DNA of 64,000 nucleotides, taken from the NCBI RefSeq assembly GCF_001194135.2, contig NC_068992.1, positions 5,290,230 through 5,354,229 on the forward strand. The letters run 5' to 3'. A program made the position numbers and the translations under genes. Positions 50,789-64,000 of this stretch are shown piece by piece. The notes beneath the pieces are model-generated. The model worked only from the letters and a program-made list of their open reading frames with translations, was not told where the DNA came from and did no database searches. This DNA is from Octopus bimaculoides. Taxonomy: Eukaryota. The stretch's first letter is position 1, and each line of letters opens with the position of its first letter.

Positions 50789-53700
50789 GTTTATTCTCGA
50801 CTGGACATCCGTAACGATCCTATATCAATTACATACTCTCAATTATAATAGATTCCACAGTATTAACACTATTGAATTATCATATAAGTTTTGTGATGAT
50901 TCACTATTGACATAGAACATCCTTAATCTATGTTCCTAGATTAACTTAATTTGGAAATTGGAACTGTCTATCATGAATGCCCACGGCATTTTACATACTG
51001 TCACTATCAACGTATGCAATAACTGTTAGATTAATTTTGTAACATGACACTGTTGCATTGCATGGAGTGATATTAACAGTACATATTAACAAATTATTCT
51101 GTAATGAGGCGTTAGGAAGTGAGAACACTGGAATAGAGCCATTGCGCTCATGCTGCTGGTAAACATGCAGTTTAATTGTGGGAAGGAAACCAAGAAGGAT
51201 AATGAAATATTTGGTAACACTAAATATTTCTGCAGTACATCACAGTGAATATGCGGTAAATACACTTTACTTGTACAATACAGGCTAGAACATGATCAGT
51301 AAGAGATTGTAACCACGTCCTAGGTACTGTATTGATTGCACGGCCTTGCAGTACTCAAAGGCTTCATGGTAGTAAACGAAAGCGATATATATCGCCTTTT
51401 GAATTAGATTCTAATATATTAGATCTAACATTGAAACATGATCATGTGCTTAATCAATAGTAAAATCATTCATATAATGTTGATACTATTTCTTTCTCCC
51501 AGAAATAAAACACTAAGAGATATTAAACGTGAAAGTAGAAAGTGGACTCCAGGCATAAAAAAATATATCTAGCAAATATATTACTCACTCATTTTGCTTA
51601 CACTTCGAAGAAATGCTTTATTTAGACACAACAATAAGTAATTTAGCTGTGGTATAATAATTTCTTTGCTGGTATTGACTGCAATCATTTTGAATTAATT
51701 TCCAAATACATAGCAAAATACCTAGGTATGAAATTGTACCTCTTTCTTGAATATACTCAATTATTTTCGCTATCATATTCATTGACTGAATTCCCATAAG
51801 GTTTTAGTTGACTATTTAGACATTCTTCACTTTACAGTTTATATCTCAGCAGCATTTAAGCCATTCTCTTATGGCTGTACTCATTCAAACATTCATAGGA
51901 ATATTTTAGTTACAAAAGCTCGCAAAATCGTTTACGCATGGCGTATTTGATGTTAACGTGTCATTATCTCCTAACGCAAACACATAGTTCCAAATAGCGT
52001 ATAAAAAACACACGTACTTACGAAAAAGGTAAAGTTAAAGTTCTTAAGGTGTTCTACTTAATTTGCGTAGTAAGGTTAGGCTTTAGCAGATACGTTCAAT
52101 TTTATTATTGGCAAGTTACCGCATTTCAATTGAATCAGAATAACTAGCTAAATGGAAAATTAACTAACTGTGAAATTGAAAATCTCAGTAAAACTGGTCA
52201 CTGAATGAAATAAAATTAGATAGAGAAGTATTCTAGCACTTTTGAGTGAGTCTGTGAAGCTGAAAATGGAGACATTTTCGTACGATATATGTAAATTCAA
52301 AGAGTAATGAAGGAAAAAGTCATAGCGACAGTAAATAACCCTGCAGCAGTAATTTGAATAACGATACGAGAATTTTATTTGAAAATATCTATGGGGTGAC
52401 GTTGATCTAAATATCAGCCATGCCTTTGATGATGTACTGACAGAAGGAACATATTTACACAAAAAAACGTTATGCGTATATAATTCTATGAATTTTCGAT
52501 TAGGGAACTGATTCTTCTTCAGGTTCCTTGGTACTGTCCTTATCAATAAGTTTATAAAGGGTGATTATATGTAGGGAATTAAATATTATACTTGTACAAA
52601 AAACAATGTTAGCCATAATATTCTACTGATAGACTTGTTAAGAGATGATATCGGTTAAAACTCGTGATATGTGGAGTTTCAATGTTTATTTCGGATCCTC
52701 CCGTTTGTGGACAGAACGACGTTGGCGTATGTATGAGACTACCTTCTTCCGAAATGTAGAAAATGTATCCAAGTTGAATTGTAGGGCTATGTGATTGAAC
52801 AAATATCGTTTCTAAAATGCTAAATTTGGCAATATATGTGATATGAGATATTTGAAAAAAATCTGTGATAAAAGAGTTTCGTTACTTTAATCTTAGAAAA
52901 ATATGCAATGCAAGGCAATATTATTAATTCAATTGTGGTACAGAACTAAAACAATTTATGTTTTGAAATGAAAACATTCTCTCTGGTTGAATTCAGCAAA
53001 AATTTTACTTAAATATGAAACATGAAATATTGCTTCACAGAAAATGGTAACCGGCGAAATTTTGGCATACAAGCTACTCTTCATGGAAGAATATTTGAAT
53101 AATCGTAAAGTTTCTTATGGGACAGAATAAGGTCAACTATTTCGAGTAACGACCTATCTCATTTAATATAAAGTTGAAGAAGATAAAGTAGCGAGGCCGT
53201 TAAAGGGCATGTTTGCGTTAGGAAGTGTTTGAGACAGTTTATATTCTGGGAACGACAATTGCGAGGACACCCGTCATAAACAAAACAAAACAAAAAAAAT
53301 AACAGTAATAATAAATGAGGGGGGTAGAGGAGGGAGATGAGAAGAAGGAGAGAGAAGGAGGCTTGGGACGATAACGCAACGAATGCGATGTTGAAATAGA
53401 CAACAAACATTATGAGGACGACGATTATGACTATGGCAAGGAAGACAATGACGATTATATAGAGAAGATGAGGGGGCAATATGAGGATACGCCCAAAATT
53501 CCAGCATCATGATCATCATGATCATTATTATGATCACCATCATGATCGTGATCACGATCATCATCGTAATCGTCATCGCTACTATGACGTCATCGGGGGT
53601 AGTGCTAAACATGGTCATATATGCAGAAAGGTATGATGGCAACGTTGTTCCGTATATGAATATATAAACTGGAATGGCATGTTTACGTATATAATCGATA

Positions 53701-54867
53701 TTAAACGATACTTTAAAGGAAACATATTTCAAATATCTAAAAATTAGAATGCATTGAAAACAGTAGATTAAGTACAAATATATACTTAACATATATACAT
53801 CCATGTACGTGTATGTTTATCTTTATGTGTGGCTATGTATATGTTTCTATATACGTTCGCTGTTTTCTCTAAATTTATTAAAATTTTCCGTACTATTTTT
53901 TACCTTCTAAAGTTAATATGTAGCTAGAAGCATGTAATTTAGGAAACAAAAAAAAAACCGAGAGATTTATTTGATGGTGCCCTCTGATATAACATTTGAA
54001 AGCGTTGAAGGAAATATTAAGTGTTAGTAAATTGTTTTGAAGAAATGGGTTGAGTGAGGACTCGGCAAGGTAATAGAGGATATATTTAATCTCCTTCTGC
54101 CTTAACTCCTGTCTTGCCTTTCCCTTTCTCCCCTCATCGTTCTCTCTGTCTCTCTCTGCCTATATTCACACACAAACACTCACATATATATCTCTGCTCG
54201 TGCATACATACACAAAAATAATACAATTACATCTTTATATATATATATGCAATATGCATTCGCATACCTTTATTCATATGGCTCAGATCAAAGTTTACGT
54301 ATATATATATATATATATATATATATNNNNNNNNNNNNNNNNNNNNNNNNNNNNNNNNNNNNNNNNNNNNNNNNNNNNNNNNNNNNNNNNNNNNNNNNNN
54401 NNNNNNNNNNNNNNNNNNNNNNNNNNNNNNNNNNNNNNNNNNNNNNNNNNNNNNNNNNNNNNNNNNNNNNNNNNNNNNNNNNNNNNNNNNNNNNNNNNNN
54501 NNNNNNNNNNNNNNNNNNNNNNNNNNNNNNNNNNNNNNNNNNNNNNNNNNNNNNNNNNNNNNNNNNNNNNNNNNNNNNNNNNNNNNNNNNNNNNNNNNNN
54601 NNNNNNNNNNNNNNNNNNNNNNNNNNNNNNNNNNNNNNNNNNNNNNNNNNNNNNNNNNNNNNNNNNNNNNNNNNNNNNNNNNNNNNNNNNNNNNNNNNNN
54701 NNNNNNNNNNNNNNNNNNNNNNNNNNNNNNNNNNNNNNNNNNNNNNNNNNNNNNNNNNNNNNNNNNNNNNNNNNNNNNNNNNNNNNNNNNNNNNNNNNNN
54801 NNNNNNNNNNNNNNNNNNNNNNNNNNNNNNNNNNNNNNNNNNNNNNNNNNNNNNNNNNNNNNNNNNN

Positions 54868-54906
54868 AAGACTGAAACAAGTAAAAGAGTAAAAGAGTAA
54901 AAGAGT
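54868..54906 (+). mobile_element. 3' tail of SINE family B; body lost in the upstream gap
   Basis: GACTGAAACAAGTAAAAGAGTAAAAGAGTAAAAGAGT has the same form as the 45082-45120 tail. Confidence 0.65.
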
Positions 54907-54911
54907 ATATG

Positions 54912-54993
<82 letters not shown>

Positions 54994-55399
54994 GATAGAT
55001 AGATAGATAGATAGATATCCACACGCACACGCACAAACTCGCAGCGAGTAAAATTATACATTCACTTATATACATGCGAAAGTGCATGAGTATATATATA
55101 TACGTGTGTATATCGGGTGGAACGGTACATTTTGTCAGTGTTTGCTTATTACTTTTGCTGTTCTTGTATTATAGAATCATTTTAGTGAAGGCATTAATAC
55201 ATACTCACGTTAAAATTCCTACTATGCGAGACATTACGCTTAACGAAATTCCTTCAACCTCTGCTGAAGTCATTATAGGTTCCATTTTTCGGAGCTCTAT
55301 GGATTAAGTTGAAGAGAAGCTTTACATGTAATTGACTACTCACCTCCCCTAGAATTACTGCACATTTAACTATTTTAGAAAGTGTTATCATTGATTTTT

Positions 55400-55479
55400 T
55401 TGTTGTTGTTGCTGTTATTATTATTATCATCATCCTCCCCTTCATCATCATCATCATCCCCCTCATCATCCTCCTCCTC

Positions 55480-55531
<52 letters not shown>
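55400..55531. repeat. Compound (GTT)/(ATT)/(ATC)/(CTC)/(ATT) microsatellite
   Basis: Read directly. Confidence 0.93.
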
Positions 55532-57009
55532 GACAAGACGAAAAGCGAGATGTGATTGCAATAGATATTTCATTGGTTGAACAATATTTCCACAGCAAAC
55601 TTGTCTTAGACGAGTTCAAAATAAAATGTGATAAAAATTCAAAAGGAAAGAAATTCAAATCTAAAGTATGAACGAACACAATGAAGTTTGGACAAAGATT
55701 TTACCGCCGAAATTCGAGACATTCAGATCCCTACTTGGTCATGAACCAATAACCTGCTTACGGTTCATTGTTGTCGGCTTTTTTTGCCTGGGAGGATCAC
55801 AAAGTAGTTTAATTGACTTCTTGCATTTTTTTATTCTTTTCTCCAGTATGAAACCTTGTAAGATTAGGCTGTAAGTTCAATCTATACAATGGTACGGCAA
55901 GATAATTTCGAGATGAGTAGACTAATTTAAGCCGAAAGACTACTAAACTAAGATGGTGTATATATTTAAAATTGTATGACGTAGAATTTTAATGACTTCA
56001 GAGCTGGAGGACCACACAATTGATCGGCATAATATCCAGTAGTTAGAACAAACACGTCCATACAATTGCACACACGCATACGCACACACACACATTTAGA
56101 ATCACACTAAATATATGGAAATAGCTAAGCTCTGTCTTCTATACAACAACTACTTATTGACATCTTTGAAATTTACTGGTAAGTGCGAGCGGTGGGACGT
56201 TTGGAATGAGATAGAGAAGCACGAATATAAATCTTGTCAGCAAAAATTATTTCCCAGCTAAATCTGTAATCTATACGTTAGCTTGGAGTGACCAGTGTTC
56301 GATGAACTCATTATAGATTATTTAAATAGTATCGAGAATCTAGACTGGCAAACATGAACAGAATAAAAACGTATCAACGAATGACATAAATCTATCAGTA
56401 ACAAGTTAAACGTTTATTCTTTATAAAGCTCTGTAGTAATTTTATAGAAAGAAAAACACCAAAAATCTTAAGGATGTACCATCTGTTTATTTAATTATTT
56501 ACCATAAATTTCGAAGGAGGACCGAAAATAGACACACACATTACTAAATAATGACTAAAAGTAAACAAAGAATTGTTAACGTAAAGGAGATATTGCATAC
56601 ATATTATTGCATTACAAAAGACACAATATCAATTCACGCAGTCATACACATCCATAATTGCTGTCACTCAGTGATATATCTGTATGTATACTATTATGAC
56701 ATGTATGTATACTGCTCTGTTGTAACCAGAAGAAAAACAAAGTCCGGTGTAACAATATATATTGTATTTCGCGTTCTCTCTATCAAAAGCTGCAGGAAAC
56801 ACGCAACTGATCGACTCCCATATATATTTATGATTTAAATATGAATATATTGTGCTTAGGCGTATATATTTGGATGAAAGTGCATGTGATTCTCCAAAGA
56901 CAAAAGCAATAATGTATGTATGTATGCAGAAATACACACACGTACTTACGTACACACACACACATTCACACACACTCACACATGAAATAGCTCTGTAAAT
57001 GTTTATCCA

Positions 57010-57115
<106 letters not shown>

Positions 57116-57419
57116 GACCTATCTATGTTATTTCTCATCCAAAATTTTTTTGCTAACACATACACACATACACACACACANNNNNNNNNNNNNNNNNNNN
57201 NNNNNNNNNNNNNNNNNNNNNNNNNNNNNNNNNNNNNNNNNNNNNNNNNNNNNNNNNNNNNNNNNNNNNNNNNNNNNNNNNNNNNNNNNNNNNNNNNNNN
57301 NNNNNNNNNNNNNNNNNNNNNNNNNNNNNNNNNNNNNNNNNNNNNNNNNNNNNNNNNNNNNNNNNNNNNNNNNNNNNNNNNNNNNNNNNNNNNNNNNNNN
57401 NNNNNNNNNNNNNNNNNNN

Positions 57420-57469
<50 letters not shown>

Positions 57470-59012
57470 CTTTATGTATATATATTCAAACACGTGTGTG
57501 TAAACTACATATATGCCAAATCAATGCTTTTAATATGATGAAGAACATCATTTTATTTTCATCCCCACCGAGATAATATGTATATATAAAATACGTACCA
57601 CACGAAAACGCGTCTATGAACATTTCTATATGCAATTCATGTTCATCCGGATTATGTATTTTGTATATATACTTACAAAAACTTCAACAGTTAGAGAATT
57701 ATACACATTCAGAGAGACAGACACCGTTCTACTGAGACATAATCAGAAACACACAATTTCTTTCACACAAACACGCACAGAAATTCTCACACGAATTTAC
57801 AAACTTCCACAACCACCTCATATAATAAGAGCAATTCCCAGGAGAATGTTATTATGGAACAGAAATATCAATGGCTTCCATTCTTTAAAAATATGAACGA
57901 ATAAAAAAAAAAGCACTTTGTTACTAAAAATAAATAGAAAAAACAGAAACAAAGGTGAAAGCTATATAAACCGCAACATCAACAATAACAACGTTTGGCA
58001 AACAATAGCATAATCACACAACACACTCTCTCTATTCTCTCTCTCTTTCTCTTTGTCTCTCTCTTGCTCGGTTTTTCTCTCCCCTTTTCTGTCTCTGTCT
58101 TTCACCCTCTCACACACAACCACAAACGCACACAAACTGCAAACGCTCACATATTCGCTCGTTGGCGCTCACTCGCAAACATGCTCAAATTCACTCGCAT
58201 AAACGCACAGAGAACAACGATAGTGACAACAAGAATAAAAGCAAGATTTTGTTTGTCATTTCTCTTAGGAAAAAAAATAATAGTAATCACATACACATAC
58301 GCAGACAAAGGCATAAATACAAACTCACGCATAAACACACTACCACACATGTACACATACACAAATGGGAAATAAAATAAAACAGTGAAAATGCGAAAGC
58401 GAGTGTGAAACATCAAACTCGGAAAAATTTTAACTATCACCATGTTGTATTAACATAATATGAACACCCTGGTTTGATTTGAACATGTTAGAGGTGCTGA
58501 ACAAATAAATAAATGCATAAAGATAAAATTATTATCTATTGTGCGTTGCCATGACAATATGTTGCAGAATGTTACAAGTGTTCAATGTTGTAAAGCTTAT
58601 CAGTAGAATTATAAACGTAAATAATCAGAAAATAAAGGAAAGGGGTAAACAAACAAAACAATCAAAAAGACCGAAGTAAAAAGTAAAATAAAAATGTACA
58701 TAGAAAAATCTTTGATCCGCTGCGTTGTTATTAACAGTAACAATGCTAACACTCTTTTTATATGGTTCTGTTTTTTGCTACAATATTCTTGGCGATGGAT
58801 ATTTCTCACTGTGTTAAAGTATCATTGAACATAGGGGTATGTGCGTTATGGACATTCTGCTAAGTGCTTCAGTGATATTTCAAAGGACGTGTTTCAAATA
58901 TTTACTGCAATGCCCGTTCACACGTATATATTCACATGCCTACACAGACGCCTTTGTATACATACATGACCTCATAATATCACACATACACTCCTTCACT
59001 GATTTATTGCGT

Positions 59013-59081
<69 letters not shown>

Positions 59082-59918
59082 AATGTATATAATCAAGGGT
59101 GTTGTGCGCTTGTTTACATATGCGCACCCATACTCCTACATTCCTCACTCCCTTTCTCTATACCCCATTCTCTCTCTCCATATGTATATATATATATATA
59201 TATATATGTAAGTGTGTGTTTGCGCACGTACACGTGCAGGGAGCGAGTTCCGAATGTATAAGTTTATGTTGTAAAATAGGTATCTAAAAACTGACTATCT
59301 CTGTGAATATATACATACTCGCTGCAATACACCCCGATAAACGAAGGTATTCAATAACCTGACACATTTAGCCCTTAGTGCTATTCGTCATAAAATCCCC
59401 ATTAATATTTATAGGTTTGCCAATCCATTGTACTGCACTTCAAATTTTTTAAACTCACTAGATGGCCCAGTTCTGTGACAAACATTTTGAAATCCTTTGT
59501 TTAGTTTCATAATCCTCAAATAAAAATACGTTATTATATCTAGATTTTATATGGCAATGAATTATATGTAGAAAACTGAAACATAAGGTCATGGTTTTTG
59601 ATCACTGTTTTTAAGTTTCCATCATAATGCGAGGTGAATAGTTGAAATTATTGGTCCCATGTATCTCTGTTATTTATTTTCATCAAACCCAGTGAATGAA
59701 AGACAATTGTTAACACAAATATAGTGGAATTTAAAAACGAACACAGAAGATAACACTGCTGGGGAAGCTGCTAGTTTGTTAGGTTTAGTTAGCTATACAT
59801 AGAAGTATTATAAAAAAACACAAAAGTAGAACATTAGCCAAACTTCCTTTACAATAGAAGGCATTGTAAAAATTGTGTTCGGAAAATCAATTAACGCATG
59901 CTAATTTACAAAAAGTTG

Positions 59919-59949
<31 letters not shown>

Positions 59950-61385
59950 NNNNNNNNNNNNNNNNNNNNNNNNNNNNNNNNNNNNNNNNNNNNNNNNNNN
60001 NNNNNNNNNNNNNNNNNNNNNNNNNNNNNNNNNNNNNNNNNNNNNNNNNNNNNNNNNNNNNNNNNNNNNNNNNNNNNNNNNNNNNNNNNNNNNNNNNNNN
60101 NNNNNNNNNNNNNNNNNNNNNNNNNNNNNNNNNNNNNNNNNNNNNNNNNNNNNNNNNNNNNNNNNNNNNNNNNNNNNNNNNNNNNNNNNNNNNNNNNNNN
60201 NNNNNNNNNNNNNNNNNNNNNNNNNNNNNNNNNNNNNNNNNNNNNNNNNNNNNNNNNNNNNNNNNNNNNNNNNNNNNNNNNNNNNNNNNNNNNNNNNNNN
60301 NNNNNNNNNNNNNNNNNNNNNNNNNNNNNNNNNNNNNNNNNNNNNNNNNNNNNNNNNNNNNNNNNNNNNNNNNNNNNNNNNNNNNNNNNNNNNNNNNNNN
60401 NNNNNNNNNNNNNNNNNNNNNNNNNNNNNNNNNNNNNNNNNNNNNNNNNNNNNNNNNNNNNNNNNNNNNNNNNNNNNNNNNNNNNNNNNNNNNNNNNNNN
60501 NNNNNNNNNNNNNNNNNNNNNNNNNNNNNNNNNNNNNNNNNNNNNNNNNNNNNNNNNNNNNNNNNNNNNNNNNNNNNNNNNNNNNNNNNNNNNNNNNNNN
60601 NNNNNNNNNNNNNNNNNNNNNNNNNNNNNNNNNNNNNNNNNNNNNNNNNNNNNNNNNNNNNNNNNNNATATATATTCTATAATTATTTCAATAAATTTGT
60701 TCTTACTGACCCTTTAATTATGGCCACTACTGTGTGTGTGTGTGTGTACAAACATAACATGACACTGACGTTTGAACTATATCTGCTTTATTTGTTATGC
60801 ATACACGCACTGTTTTGTATTAGTGAATGCATTTTACATACGAATTCGCACCGTACATAACTCTGGTAAACACATTAGATTATTGTGTCTTATGTGACAG
60901 TGTATGCATGTCTTATGTGGCATGCATGTGTTAAGTTTCTATTTGAACTTTGTGTATATGTTTTTATCTGTGAAAATATGATTGTGTGCTTTTTAGCAAT
61001 GATTATGTGCGTATGTTTGTGGTTCCATATACGCCAGTAAGTGCAATGTTGTGCATGTCTATCCAGGCGGGTATATGCGTTGGTACACTTTCTTTTACTG
61101 TATTACTCTCGCAAGAAATTGTTGACATTTAGGCATTCATGGGAAGATTGATATGATAGCTGCATATCTCCAACGATTTCAACTTATAGTAACATATATC
61201 AGTTACAGAAATTTTCATACAAGGTTGTAGCTCATAAAAAAGCGGTTCCATTCACAGGTATTAACACAGACCGTGAATGATAATATTTTTATATAAGGCA
61301 GTCTTCAACATTTCCTCCTATACAAATGAAACACCGACAAATTATAGTACAAATCAGCAAAAAAATAATGATAAACATATATGTA

Positions 61386-61445
<60 letters not shown>

Positions 61446-61965
61446 TTGTGTATATGTGTGTTTGTGTGTGTTCGTACTCCTACAAAAAGCAACTGTAATT
61501 CGCAGCCAGCGTACCTAAAGCAACGCTAGATACGTTTCAATTTATTGAATTTTATCTCTTGTTTCCTGCTATCACTATCTCCATTTGTTTACTTTTAATA
61601 AATATTTCTCCAATACCATTTGTCTTTAGTGCCGTCTCTGTTCTCTTTATTGGTGTTGCTGTTGTTGTTATTATTACTAACAATACCACCACCACCACCA
61701 CCAGCGCCACTACTACCACTGTGATTACTATTATCTTTAACATCATCATCACCGTGATTTTTAAAATTACTTCACTTTTCTTGATGTATTTGTTATTCTT
61801 AGCATTGTGGAGAATGTCCTCTGAATATTTATACATATTTAGATGAGATTTTTATCAAACGTTAGATTTCATTTTGTATTTGATAAATTTTCATATGTGT
61901 ATATATTTTTGCCGCTGTAACGCATTTGGATGATTCAGAAGCGGGAGAGTGTAGATATGGAGAGA

Positions 61966-62014
61966 GAGGAAGAAAGAGAGAGAAGAGGAAGAAAGAGAGA
62001 GAGGGGGAAGAAAT

Positions 62015-62080
<66 letters not shown>

Positions 62081-62102
62081 NNNNNNNNNNGAGAGAGAGA
62101 GA

Positions 62103-62135
<33 letters not shown>
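61966..62135. repeat. (GA)n / purine-rich tract around a 10-N gap
   Basis: Read directly. Confidence 0.95.
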
Positions 62136-62294
62136 GAAAGATAATTATTTATTTCAAGTACTATTGTCCTACTTCCCAGTTTAAATCATTTTTCTTGATT
62201 CTGATGTTTGAATTAATACTTACAAATTTTTCGAAGAATAATTTCATGTTTTTTTTTGTCAATTCTCAACATTCAACTTGTTATTTTTGTAATG

Positions 62295-62420
62295 TTCATC
62301 ATCATCATCATCATCTTCATCATCATCGTCATCATTATCATAATCATCGCTATCATCATTATTATTATTGCTATTAGTATTATTACTATTATTGCTGATA
62401 TTGTTATTATTATTATTATT
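62295..62420. repeat. (CAT)n grading into (ATT)n; forms the 3' flank/tail of the Dong copy
   Basis: Read directly. Confidence 0.93.
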
Positions 62421-62646
62421 CAGTAGTCTTATTTTAACAACGTGCTTACGCTGCATTACCGAACGCAGCTCTGTGCGCCTTGGGTATGTGCAGTGGTTTG
62501 CTATGATGCTCTTATGATTACTGTATTGAAAGTGTCTTACGTAGGATGAGTGCAGTGCCCAGTAGTGCAATTTTCTGTATGTTATATATATTTGTTAGTC
62601 CTGGTGTTTTTATTAGGTATTTGTCTGAATATTTTTTATCATACCT
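62421..62646 (-). mobile_element. 5'-truncated R4/Dong-like non-LTR retrotransposon (C-terminus plus 3' UTR) embedded in an (AAT)n array
   Basis: Minus frame 62646-62518 reads RYDKKYSDKYLIKTPGLTNIYNIQKIALLGTALILRKTLSIQ* (IQK.ALLGTA.ILR is the R4/Dong C-terminal signature), then about 97 bp of UTR. (AAT)n abuts both ends on the element's sense strand. Confidence 0.9.
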
Positions 62647-62671
62647 TTATTATTATTATTATTATTATTAT

Positions 62672-62726
<55 letters not shown>

Positions 62727-62760
62727 TGTTGTTGTTGTTGTTGTTGTTGCAGCAGCAGCA
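62647..62760. repeat. Compound (ATT)/(AGT)/(GTT)/(GCA) microsatellite
   Basis: Read directly. Confidence 0.95.
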
Positions 62761-63569
62761 ATTTCAGTAGCGGCATCTGTTGGAAAATAGTATGATTGTT
62801 GGCAGATTGTAAATTTTGTTTGAATTTCCTTGTTTCAGTGCTTGTTATTAGAATTTTTGTTTGAGCATTCACTTAATAAGTCAGCTTGCCTTTATGGAAG
62901 CGAGCTGGTTCAATGAAAAGTTCCCTATTGGAAGGCGAATTTTGAAATTTAAAATTGAAAATCTCACAATTCGACACAAAAGCAAAAGCATAGCTTTCCA
63001 AATTGAAGGAGGTTATGGCTGCTAGAACGACCAGAGAGAAAACATTTTTTTCTTTCTTCAACAACTTCGGCCGAAAGGCCACATAGAGTCAGGAGAAAAA
63101 AAGACAGTATTAAGAACACCAACAACATCAGCTGCAATAACAATAGCTAAACAAGAGCAGTATTGATAAGGGTATGATCGCCACCTCTGGCAGCAACATC
63201 GTCAACATTATCTCCGCCAACACTAACATGAGCATTTATATAGCGGAAATTGCGGGAGTTTTAATTTACAAACAAAATGCAAGTGGTTTCTCACAAGCTG
63301 GTCTTGACTGCGGAAAGTTAACATGTCGGATAAAATGCTAAGTAATGTCAAATAACGCATAACAAAGAATGGCAAATATTCTTTCGAACACACCAAGTGA
63401 AATACATGAAAGCGATAAAGATAAACAAACAATTATCTACAAATGCGTTTCATTAAAAATAAGGAGCCACAAGGGAGCTACGCATACCAAGAATGAAAAA
63501 TGCCTGAGATTAATCTAAGGAATAGAAACCTACGTTGCTCGAAGAAAACGCTTTGTCGCAGTTGAGGTA

Positions 63570-63680
63570 AGATACCCGACAGAAGGGGAAGGGAAATGGA
63601 ACCGGAAATTGCACTGAGAAAGTCAAGACGGAAGAAGATTTTGCCCGGCGCACACGGTTCTGCATGCTCACAGCCTTTTG
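63570..63680 (-). mobile_element. Degenerate SINE family A head
   Basis: GATTTTGCCCGGCGCACACGGTTCTGCATGCTCACAGCC is the reverse complement of the head (GGCGGCGAGCTGGCAGAA.CGTTAGCACGCCGGGCGAAATG). Confidence 0.5.
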
Positions 63681-63827
63681 TAAATTTAAAGATTTCAAAT
63701 CTTGGTTTGCAATTTCGGGGAGGGACTTGTCGATTGCAACGAACCTAGAATCCAATTGTATATCCTTTACCGACCATCAAAGCGTGAAAGGAAAATTCGA
63801 ATGAGAAAATGAAGAAGAACGAACATG

Positions 63828-63855
63828 AATAATAATAATGATAATAATAATGATG

Positions 63856-63893
<38 letters not shown>
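63828..63893. repeat. (AAT)n microsatellite, 5' flank of a Dong copy
   Basis: Read directly. Confidence 0.97.
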
Positions 63894-63895
<2 letters not shown>

Positions 63896-64000
63896 AGAGC
63901 TGAACGCGAGAAACAGGATCGAAGCGATCAATGCTCTAGCCATACCAGTCGTGACTTACAGTTTCAACATCGTTAACTGGTCAATTACTGAAATATGTAA
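63894..64000 (+). mobile_element. 5'-truncated R4/Dong-like non-LTR retrotransposon, runs off the window end
   Basis: Uninterrupted frame TELNARNRIEAINALAIPVVTYSFNIVNWSITEIC matches the post-RT signature ELN..N.I.AIN.LAIPV.TYSF.I.NW and starts immediately after (AAT)n. Confidence 0.9.

Noticed and set aside
51380-51430. Two adjacent 14-bp palindromes (GCGATATATATCGC, TCTAATATATTAGA)
   Set aside because: Both are centred on self-complementary TA runs, which are expected in this composition.
56120-56185. Strong donor-like CTG|GTAAGT (also GAG|GTAAGA near 63568)
   Set aside because: No convincing upstream acceptor or recognisable peptide; the second borders SINE-derived sequence.
63068-63095. 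GGCC-GAAA-GGCC tetraloop resembling the textbook hammerhead stem II
   Set aside because: No CUGANGA upstream and no GAAA/stem I context on either strand.

Overview
AT-rich, microsatellite-dense animal genomic DNA from a draft short-read scaffold with 15 N-gaps, nearly all at simple repeats. The SINE, Penelope and mariner families match my recollection of octopod cephalopod repeats (probably Octopus); this is not database-checked. I found no host protein-coding gene, tRNA or rRNA that I can support, and almost all ORF-track entries are microsatellite or gap artefacts. The window is a graveyard of mobile elements: (i) six decayed IS630-Tc1-mariner remnants (two maT-type, one with a countable DD37D spacing; three DD34D-type mariners; one probable rosa/DD41D-like) plus a 110-bp MITE; (ii) several R4/Dong-like RLE non-LTR retrotransposon pieces, two with little decay and sitting directly in (AAT)n microsatellites; (iii) a Ty3/Gypsy protease remnant; (iv) many tRNA-derived SINEs of at least two families; (v) a Penelope-like terminal-repeat fragment carrying a mutated minimal type-I hammerhead ribozyme. 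The most interesting signals are the hammerhead and the microsatellite-targeted Dong insertions. Both are known phenomena in other animals, so I see no clearly novel biological system. Boundaries of decayed elements are approximate (tens of bp).
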